From Phoronis australis (Eukaryota; Animalia; Phoronida): a DNA stretch of 64,000 nt. Within the stretch, counting starts at the first letter, position 1, and the number at the start of each line of letters is the position of its first letter. Location: NCBI GenBank assembly GCA_002633005.1, contig NMRA01000502.1, positions 174,493 to 238,492 on the forward strand, in the 5' to 3' direction. Of this stretch, positions 14,041-24,586 are shown one piece after another. A program made the translations under genes and the position numbers. Under the pieces are notes generated by a model, which was given only the letters and a program-made list of their open reading frames with translations, did not search any database and was not told the DNA's origin.

Positions 14041-16420
14041 AGGAGAATGCTACCCGATTTAATTAGTCTTTTGTACCGCCTTAAAGGAGAATGCCACCCG
14101 ATTTAATTAGTCTTTTTTGCCGTCTTAATCGGTCTATATCCACATCGCCTCGCATACGGTCGACCTTACCTTGCCAAGAGGTGTCGCGTCAACCTGTGAG
14201 GAAGGTGAGAAACGACGCTAGCGACGTCAGTGGTTCATATGCAGAGTGAATGCCGCTATGTTGCGGTGCATCGTTCCCGCTTGTCGGAACTAAGCAGCTG
14301 CAACGAAAGCGGGTATATGATTTTTTTACTTCCTCGAGAGTTCGAAATGCTTAGGAAGTGGCTCATGGTAGTGAAGAATGAAATGTACGCTGTAAATAGA
14401 ACAAGTATGAGGCCGTGAAACATCTCCGTGTCTGTAGCCTGCAGACGTCGACAGTGCCTGACGAATGCCGGCTTACCAAATAACTCCATACGTTCAGTTG
14501 TCTGAGCTTGTTCACGGCGCCTCTCTAGTATTTCTTCATCACTGTATTCCTGTTCGAATTGATATCCTGTAAAACTTAACGATCCACCTGCGCATTCGTC
14601 CTAAGTCGGGATTGCAAGTTGCCATGTTGGCGTTTATTACTGAGCGTTCTGTTTCAAAATGAATTATTCTCACCTTAACCAATACTTATATAAAACTGAA
14701 ACAAAGTCTGTCTCATTAGATGCGATTTGTAATGCCTTTGGAGTGTTTGTGAGTGCAAAAGATTTGAGAAGCCAGCAATCAATAAATCACTGCGTTACCG
14801 GCTTTAGGTGCAATAAAACTAATTGACGGGACACCTAGGCCGTGTGAGCTCATGCTAATTTAGTGTTTGCTGGCAGAAACTGTTGTGAAACAACTCGATT
14901 CCATCTTTCGGCCAGGTGTTAAGGGAGTCTTTATTTACATTTACATTGCTCAAATACTGATTGTCATTGTACAACTTCTGCCCTGACGGTGCTGTGGCCA
15001 AAGCGGAACCTGAATTTGCGGCCCCCGACGAGTAAGTAGATTTGCAGTTTCGTGGCTAATTCACCAACATAATCAGGTGCATATTACTCTGACTCACTAG
15101 TATAGTATTTTATTGACTGGAAGTTTAGTTTCCATTGAACTTTGGCTGGTTTATGTTCGTGATGTCTGATCAGTTTCCGAGCCACTGGCGGGGATAACGA
15201 AACAATCCGGCCGGCCGCGACGGGCCTGATCGGGCTCCGAGCCACTGACCAGGCTAACAAGCGTTTTGTGTCTAAACAATACAGATCTAAGTTCTCCTGT
15301 CTGTATTTCACGGAAAATGCTTTGAAATTATCTCGCGAGTAGACCCCAAGCTCCGAACTTTGTAGGCTACGGTGTGTCCAAATACCAATAAATCCGTAAG
15401 AGAGAAATAAAACAACACGTTTTTATAAGAACTCGGTGTATTTTTAAGGGTTTTACATCGAAGTTTGATGATTTATTGGTGTTAAACGATGACTTCAAGC
15501 GATAATCTGACACCAGTAACCCGTGTTGTGAACTGCTGAACAAACTGCGTGTGAAACCGATGACTTCATTGGATAATTTCAACACCTCCGTCTGCTGTCA
15601 GATGTCAGGTAACGCAACCGTACGTGTCGTTATGGAGTAGAACTACACGATCTAAATTGATACAAATTAGGTTGTTTTTTGAGTGGCATGCTCCTTTAAA
15701 CGGTCTATATCCACATCGCCTCTTATACGGTCTACCTCACCTTGCCGAGAGGTGTGGCGTTAACCTGTGAGGAAGGTGAGAAGCGACGCAGCGACGTCAG
15801 TGGTTCATCTGCAGAGTGAATGCAGCTATATTGCGGTGTATCGGTTCCCGCTTGTCTGAACTACGAAGCTACGAAGAAAGCGGGTATATCGTTTCTTCGA
15901 CTTCCTCGAGAGGCCGAAATGCTTAGGAAGTGGCTCGCGGTAGTGAAGAATGAAAGGTATCCTGATAATAGCAAGTATGAGGCCGGTGAAACATCTCCGT
16001 GTCTGTGGCCTGAATTTCGTCGACAGTGATTTGTCTGACGAATTCCGGCTTACCAAAGAACTATCCATACGTTCTGTTGCCTATGCATGTTCGCGGCGCC
16101 TCTCTAGTATTTCTTGATCAGTGTATTCCGGTTCAAACTGCTATCCTGTAAAACCTAAGGTTCCGACTCGTGGAGTCGTCGGATGAGCTCTTGACTAAGT
16201 CGGGATTGGCGCCGGGCGAGTTGCCATGTAGACGTTTATTATTCTGCGTTCTGTTTCAAAATGAATTCTTCTCATCCTAAAATGATCCTAACCAATGCTT
16301 ATATGAAACTCATGCCTTGGAGTGCTCGTGAGTGCAAATGTTTTGAGAAGCCAGCAATGAATAAACCAATGCGTTACCGGCTTTTCGGGTGCCGGAAACA
16401 AAGGTAATTGACCCGGCACT
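14041..16420. mobile_element. Older, right-truncated Kolobok-type copy 3, split by copy 2
   Basis: The left end TTAA-AGGAGAATGCTACC starts at 14037/14041, is interrupted at its internal TTAA (14081), and resumes at 15700 (CGGTCTATATCCACATCGCC, matching copy 2 just after its own internal TTAA). THAP-like ORF 15820-16029 (YCGVSVPACLNY..GISFLRLPREAEMLRKWL, then frameshifted HLRVCGLNF). No right TIR found; the end is approximate. Confidence 0.72.
14085..15695. mobile_element. Non-autonomous Kolobok-type DNA transposon, copy 2 (nested inside copy 3)
   Basis: TTAA at 14081-14084 and 15696-15699, termini AGGAGAATGCCAC...GTGGCATGCTCCT, and end-to-end similarity to 7654-9323. Confidence 0.82.
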
Positions 16421-17234
16421 TTTTGGCCGCATTTATGTGAGGCCCCCCTGTATTAATATAGGGAACCACTCATTTGAAACTCGATCTCTTACCTATGTCA
16501 GTTTAATAAGACTAAGGCATTCAATAAGATGAGCTGTTTTATTATTTTCATTGTGTACAAATATGTCATTTAAATGTGGATTAATTTCCCTTGGCCTTAT
16601 TGCAAGTCAGTGCTGTAAGCACTGAACATGATTTTATCCAGTAAATCTTTGAGAACTTCTGCTCGATTATTTTGCAGTCTCGTTATCACCGTGTTTGAAC
16701 AAATTCATGAGCAGTAATGACAATTTGTAGCCTCGCGCCGCCTCCGACGCATGTGAGCCGAAAATACAGTCAAGTTCTTGACTGTATCGACTTTCTAATT
16801 CGGAAAGTCACATTAGTTGACTGAACTGATAGGTGTAGTTTCTTTCGCAGGTTGTAAAGAATACACATAATACATGAAAAACAATTGATTTATCATCGTG
16901 TTATTATACTGTACATAGCGAATTATTCTAATTTTTTCGTCGTCTAATATCTGCTATAAAATAGTCAATAAAATCTGTACATATAATTCTATACATGAAA
17001 TATATTGAAATTTTGAAAAAAAAATCCCGCCAAGGTTGACAATTACTTTCTATTTACTAACTTTTCCTGTACATGTGACCTCCAATTAACAACATACATG
17101 TACATGTATGGAATTCTCACCTATCCACCATAATGCCATCCCCATATACATGTACAATGTAGACCATTTCGAAACGCATAGTTTTGAATGACTTAAACTT
17201 GCCATATAATTGTACGCCCTTGTTTCGTCCTTAG

Positions 17235-20200
17235 CAGATGGAAACACATTCAAGTGTGACTTTGAAAAAGGATTCTGTGGCTTCCAAGAAGATCCTAGCG
17301 ATGCCATTGACTGGATGTTGGGTTCAGGCAACACTCCATCTGGTGGTACCGGACCAAGTGGCGATCATACAACAGGAACTGGTAAGTACGTTGATCGATC
17401 AACAGTTTGCAGCCTTTTCTCGAATGATGCATGAATCTTGTTCCAGCAGATGCAACCATTCCGACGCTTTCCTGTTGCTCCCAACTTGTTCGATTCTATA
17501 GCTCAACAACAAGTTGGGAAGATGACCCCTGTAGCTAATGTCTTACACGACTGATTAACTCCATTGTGGCATTTATGGTTGGAGGGCCAGCTCTCTTTTG
17601 TTCGATAATTGCTCTAATCTTCAATAAGATCGTATCTAGCCTGACTGGGCTGTGCTGTTAAAATCAAAAGTTAAGTTATAACATATTTGAACATAAACCA
17701 AGTGCATTTATGAAATCCTCGTCAAATGGTGATCATGTTATTTTTTGAATAGCCAAAATCGCCCAACTACAACCGAAGTTACGACAATCTATTCGTTCCG
17801 AACGTACCAAGGTAGCTCTGGGTTTGACTGTGTTCACACGTGGTCTGTGATAAGCTTATAGATAATTGGCCAGCATGTTGTCATACCAGACAAAAGACTG
17901 CGCTTGGCAGTTAACAAAGAAGCTAGATGTTACAACACGCTCACAACCCTCTGCCTCTGGTAAAGTCACTGAACGGGAAAACGCCGTCATGCTTAGTTAC
18001 ACTTTACCCCAGCATTCCACTTTTAAACATTGTTAGCACCACCAACCATCAGTGAAATATGCACCCCAATTCGAGTCCAGTCGTCAGATTAAACAAATTG
18101 AGTAACGTTTGTTTTCAGGGAAGTATGCCTACCTTGAAGCTTCTGCTCCTGCAACGCGTGGTGACCAGGCTACCATCTCGACGCCATTGATCAATGGGGT
18201 TGGTCAATATTGTGTGCAGTATTGGTAAGGACTCGTTAATCCACGTCGATAAACATTTTGAGGCATCATTGGCCTGGGCCTCGATGACATACCTGAACAG
18301 ACATCTAGCCTCTACAGACACCACTGATGTTGGCCTACATCGGTGTGATATATTATTAACCCTTTGTGCTTGAAAAAAAATTCAGTGCGCCTTTTCATTT
18401 AAGGTTCTAAGGCCGGCCGTCGCTAACACTGCCAAGGGTGACTACGAAACCAACATTATGATTTTTACAACAATTTCTTGTCTCATTATTTCCAACCACC
18501 ATACGTTATCACGCTAAGACCTCAGTTAGATACGTTAAAAACCGAAATGTTTTTTTTCTACGACTGGGCGTACGACGTTTGAGAAAGCAAACACCTTCAC
18601 AAAGACAGTGATTCGGTTTTCTTCATACAGCCTGACGTACAACCTTACATGACGTCATCGATATCCGCGCCTCATCATGAAGCATGTCATTTACAGCTTT
18701 TCAACCGTCTAGTTTTGCTTTACTCAAAGTTTGGAAAGAAGTTATCTACAGCTGTGTGTACAAGAACACATATATCTTGATGGGAAACGCTACAAGGGTG
18801 ACATACAGTTCTAAGATGGACCTGGCGTGATGATTGTCCAGGTGTCTTTCATTTGCAATATTGAGCTTTAAAAATCAGTCATGATACAAATTACCATTTC
18901 ATGTTTTCGGAGGCTTAACAACATGTGGTGAAAAGAGTGCATGCTGATTTAGCATTTAGTTTTGTTTTCATGGGAATTTTGAACTTTTACATCATGCAAG
19001 ATGGGAGATGACGCTCAGTGAGTCTTAGACGACCGTAGACGCATTTTTAAAAGGACATTTGATAATGTCCGGGTGTGTGGGTGCTTCGCGCCCTGTCATT
19101 GACTTTGTTTTATACAGGTACCACACTTTTGGAACATCTGTTGGGTCACTGGCGGTGTACAAAATGGAAAATGGAGTTAGGACAAAGCTGAATAACCACG
19201 TAGGAAGTCTAGGAGACCAGTGGGTGCAGTCTCAAGTTCTCGTCGGGTTTACATCTCCGTCAAAGGTTTCGTTGTTTGACTCTTACGAATAACGTTATCA
19301 CGCAATAAACTCATGTTTTATGTCAAAAAGTTTTGATTTAGAATTTATGAAACTGGTCACGTATTGTTCCTTCGTCAAATTAAATCTGATTTCAGGGCTT
19401 CCAAAGTTAGTTATTGCTTGAAACTAAACTCACACTTGAAATTTGATGAGTGCGGTCTGAATACAGAACGACCTGCCACTTCTTCCTTAGCGCACAGATC
19501 GCTTCTAAACCGAGCAAGGAACAAGATTATACATATTTGATAACTAAAGTGAATTAAATCAAACCTTTGTTTTGATAGAATGCATGGGTTTAATAACGCT
19601 TAATCTTTCTGTGATTAGATTACCAATCCACTTTAGCATTCAGTCCTAAAACCCTTATTAATGACGTCAGTGGTGTTCCTGGACAAAATCAAAGTATTTA
19701 AGTTGTTCCCAGTACTTTCTGCTTTGTTGACAATGATTCTTAGAATAATAATTGTTTCAAGAGAATACAAAGTACTCAAAAGCCGTAACACATTTTTCGC
19801 ATGTGACCACATTACACGTAAATCAGTGATGACAATCGTTTGTTTCACACATTTCGCCAAGTTCACCTGGGCGATAACAAACTCGCGTAGGACAAACAGT
19901 AGGGTCATATTTGCCTACTTAGAATGTTTCAATCGTTTTTTTCTGTATTTCAGATTATTTTCCAAGCCACGGTTGGAAGCAGTTGGAGCGGTGACATTGC
20001 TATTGATGATATACTTATTCACCCTGGCATCTGCAAAAGTTCACGTACGTACTATTTTCAAATTGCAATACAAGCATGTAATACAGACCTATTAAACTGA
20101 AAAATCACAGAGTTCGGATTTTCATGAAAAAGTAGGATCATGTTGCAATGGCATCAAGTCAAAAGAAACTGACACGTACACTTGTTTGTGATTTCATCTA

Positions 20201-23200
20201 TACTTTGCTTTCAGCGTCTACCGCAACTCCGGTTACACTAAGGCCGTCCACATACACTCCAAGTAAGTAAACCTGACGCCAATGTGTAGCACGGAGGCAT
20301 CTCTTGTGTTAAAATGTCTGCATGAGGAAGAAATTGACAATTTCTGAGATTCTAATTCACTTTCCGGTTTTGTGAATTTGCCGTCAAATAGTGAAGCCTG
20401 GATGATATGAAATCATAGTTTTTTTTTCATAAATAGCAGTTCAGTTACATGTACAGAACGAGGCTGTGTTAGTAAATTGGCATCTGTGAGGATGCTAACG
20501 ATGATGCATGATTTTCTCGTGGAACTGTGTTAAGAGACGGTTACTGTAATATACATGTAAAGCACAACTATTGTTCCTTTAGTACCATGGGAGTGCCATT
20601 TTGAAAGAAGTGATTGCGGTATGACTATGTCAAAGCCCACCGACTCCCTTTACGCATGGAAGCGTCATGTTGGACAGACTCCTTCGGCTGAAACAGGACC
20701 CAGCACAGACCACACTCTCAGTAAGCTACAGTGACTGTTTTCTCTATTAATTGTAGTCATGATTTGTTGTTAAACGTTGTGAAACAGTGAGTACATTGTA
20801 CACTGGAAACATTGATGACGGCTGGGTTGTAAATATGTGCATGTGTCAACCTAAACACAAAAGACCTTTGTGTAAAAATTCCATGTGAAACAATGCCGTG
20901 CGAATACTGCACTTATTTTACAATATTGTGAGTAGGCTTCCGTCGACACTTTGCCTTCTATTTCAAGCCTAGGTGCATTTCATTGACAAAAATCAAAACT
21001 ATTGTATTTCTCAGACTTCTTACAATTAAATGTGGCAATCGATTACGTGATCAATTTGGTGTCATTTATTTCATAGATCTATGATGGTCACACAAGTGTG
21101 ATATATGTACATGTACCTATAAAGTTAAATATGAACGCTGTGTTAACGGAATGGTGTTCACATATCTTGTAAAAATGATAAATTTTCATAACCCATTGTT
21201 TTAGTAGCTACTACTAGAAAGTGACATTTGTGCTCGGATTATTCTTGATGGCAATGGCATTAGCTTGACGATGTCGACATTAAAAGATACTAAATCCTAA
21301 TTTAGCCCTTTACCAAAACAATGCTGCGTTACCATCGTCAACCTCAGCAATTTGAAAGCAGCAAACAAAGTCTGCTAAATTGAGAAACGTAACCAGTGTT
21401 TGAGGAGAGTTTATGGGCGATTCCTGTTTGATGAATGGCTTTTTAACTCGGACTGGTCGGTACTAATGGTGCAACAGCTAGGGACGAAAACAGTTTTGGG
21501 CGAAATAACTATAACGAGGCTTTGTATTCTTTTGAGAGGGGTGAGATTTAAAGTAGTTTTGGAAATGCAACAAGTAGTCCGTGGTAGCGACACTAATTTT
21601 AGATGCCATTGTGACGATAATTTAATGCATCTTATTTCTTCATTCATCCTAGACTGGATAGTATTAATAGACTTTTAGTAATAACTCTTGAAGTGTGGAT
21701 TTGGAGTCGATAATACCAGAGAAGGAGACACTGCAGCTAAAGTACTTCTCAAATTAAACGTCGATATTCGACAAGATTTCGGCATACAAAACCGTGATTA
21801 AATTTCATTTCGAATAGAATCCAATTCAATTCTGTCGAACTCGACAAAGTCTTGACCGATGTTGCTCCGTTCACTTTGTTCAAATTGCGACAATTCACCA
21901 CCTACGTCCATTTATAAATAAACAGTTAGTGTCTAGGCGCAATGTCACCATATCATACTCTGTCAAACGTTCAACAAAACGCTTTTTAATAGTCAGATAG
22001 AGTTCCACCGAAATCTGCCGAGATTATATTAAAAACTGCTATACGATAAATGCAGCCTACAGTACACTGGCGACGAAGACCACGATGTGGAGAAATACGA
22101 TGAAGTAGACTATGCCGGCCCACGGTGGTATACCTTCATGCAAATAAATTATTCCTTCTACTTTTCAGAAAGTGCCGCTGGTTACTATGTCTATGCCGAG
22201 GCATCCAGCCCAGCCGACGCTGGTCACAAAGCTTGGTTAGACACTCCTGTCTTCGCTGGACAGAAGACCTGCTTGAAATTTTACTACAATTTGAACGGGG
22301 CAGGTAAGTTGATATCGAGCACTTGCTTTGCGAGATGATGAGTCAAGGGTGACGGTGCCGCTTAGTACATGTACAGTAGCTCTCGACGCCACTGCCGTTC
22401 AGGGAAGCCACAACAAGAATATGAAGTTCGTCCAACTTTGCTGTCGTTCCTGGGCACGTAGAAATACTTTTCATAGAGGATCCCAGGTGATCAGTGCAAT
22501 GGGGCACCCGAACGCCCTACATACGTCTAATACAACGTATACCAGACCGCCTGTAATTGTTGTTAGTGAGCATCCTGAATATCTCTGCGTATAGAGGTGG
22601 ACTGAGATGGAATGTGCTCAAGAGACTGATTTGCCGCACAGTGTCATTACAGTTTTTTGAATGGAATCCGTTTTGTCACCGTTAGAGTTCAATGTCACCT
22701 CTCAAGTGTATATTTGAACAACATGGTGTATCACCGTTTCTTTTCTGGAAACCCTAGTGTCTTGATGAAGGTTCGTGCCCACCCCTAACTGTAACTGCTG
22801 TAAGCGGAGAAGTTACCAGTTAATAAACTAGAACGATACTCACAGAAAACAAGTTACACGTATTACTGGATCGTACTTGATGTGAGCTTTCTTGTGTATG
22901 AGGGGACTTTGGAGTGGTATTCTGTCCATCGTTATCGCTTGTCGCTATATTCTTCTATCTTTCCAGACGTAGACACATTGAATGTGTATCTTGGAAGCGA
23001 CACTAAATTCTACAGCCAACCAATCCATACCGTCAAAGGTAACACCGGTGACTTGTGGAGGGAGGTGAAGGTTGGCCTTCAGTCTTCTACACCTTTTAGG
23101 GTACGCCAATCCGTTTTAAACTGCTCTACTCTAATACTATCACCTCAGTTCCACAGCGGATAAGCTGTTTGTATATCAACTGCTGAAGTATACTTTCCGT

Positions 23201-24586
23201 TTCAGAACTCAAGTAGTTTTGGCCATAAACCACTGTTCCGAGCTCCCTTAAGGGCACGATGAAGCCGTTAACATACAGGTGGGCGTTAATTGTGCTTCTG
23301 AACCGTTTATTTTAGGTTCGTTTTGAAGCCGTGCGAGGATCAAACTACAGGGGAGACATAGCAATTGATGACATAAGTTTCTCCAACAACTGTGATGCAG
23401 GTACTGAATTTTGATCAAAACGCCTGACAGATTTGGACCTTAAAGCTGCAATTCGCCATGTTTAGCTCAGGCTGAAAAGGAATAAAATCATTCGTTTTAC
23501 TGAATCGGTTTCATAATCCTATCATAGTAAGGTATGACACAGATTATACGAAAACATGAGACCTAATTCGATTCCCAATTTTCAGTCAGTTAAAAAGTGA
23601 AACGCAGCTTTAAGTCTGTTGTTGGTTTTACAACTAATAAATCCATACAGTGTAAAATGATGTGGAAGACTAAATTATATTTTTGAGGAGGGTAGCTGGG
23701 AAATTAGGATAACAATTTCAGAAAAAGGATTCAAAGAAGGGGCGTTTCCTTGAAAAAGTCATTCTTTCTTTGGCTTTGGTTTCAAAAATATCACCTTTAT
23801 ACAAGGGTAAATTTGTAAACCTGGCTCTTTCGTAGGAATCATGGACAGCATATTTTTTTAAACATTTAACTATCTAAGAATCCCTAAAAACTGACCAAGC
23901 CTTAAACAATGCAAGACGAGTTGTCAAGTTGTCAAAATAGAGTGCATTTCAGAACAGACGTTCTAAAAAGCAGACGAGATGATACTAGAAAGCCTTCAGA
24001 AGATTAGAGTAGTTAAGAAATGGGAGTATTTTAGAGTGATTGTTCTTATTATATAATTTGGTGAAAACATCACCCTTTACATGTACGTATGAAGTTTTGT
24101 TAGTACAGACATCCCTTAATAGTGAAACTAGAAATAAAAAAACACCCTTCTGAGCGGCAGGTCTGCTATACCTCTTCTGATTGACGATATGCATCGCTCA
24201 TCATTTCCGGTGAGGGCCAGTGTGGGGCGCTATCTGAAAACGGACGGCAGCCCATATATTGATGCAGTGCACCAACACGCTGATCTCAACCATACATGTC
24301 TCGGTGTATTGGAAGATCTGGGCGTGCGCCACTTACTTGAGATTTTGTACACATTGTGTATTATTCTTCATTGGCTATTGCACGCGCGCCAATTAATTAC
24401 TCTGGTGGCGATGACATATTGTTCTCAGAACGGCTTTTGATTTTTTTTACAGATAGTCCCTCTTTAGGGGAAATAAGGAAAGCTACTACCTGTTCTACTG
24501 ATGATATAAAAAGTCCTTGTTACTGAAATCAAATGATGAACCCGATTGTATTTTCAGTTGTGCAACCTCCCGTTGGTAGAAGGTAA
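17235..24586 (+). CDS. MAM-domain protein, cassette 2 (two MAM domains; continuation of the same gene or a tandem paralog)
   Basis: GT-AG exons at 17235(or 17238)-17381, 18119-18224, 19118-19265, 19954-20044, 20215-20262, 20583-20720, 22169-22303, 22967-23100, 23316-23400 and 24558-24586 splice in frame. Motifs: [55 protein letters not shown]; [43 protein letters not shown]. Ends VVQPPVGRR*. Confidence 0.88.
17456..17991. mobile_element. ~540-bp dispersed TIR element (family A), copy in a MAM intron
   Basis: Colinear and highly similar to 56933-57480. Imperfect terminal inverted repeats and an internal hairpin TCCCAACTTGTT...AACAAGTTGGGA at 17479-17519. Confidence 0.75.
23444..23609. mobile_element. 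166-bp Kolobok-type MITE
   Basis: TTAA at 23440-23443 and 23610-23613. TIRs AGCTGCAATTCGC and GTGAAACGCAGCT match 10/13. Confidence 0.55.

Noticed and set aside
19661-20095. 144-aa hydrophobic ORF
   Set aside because: It is mostly intronic and overlaps the real MAM exon 19954-20044 in a different frame.
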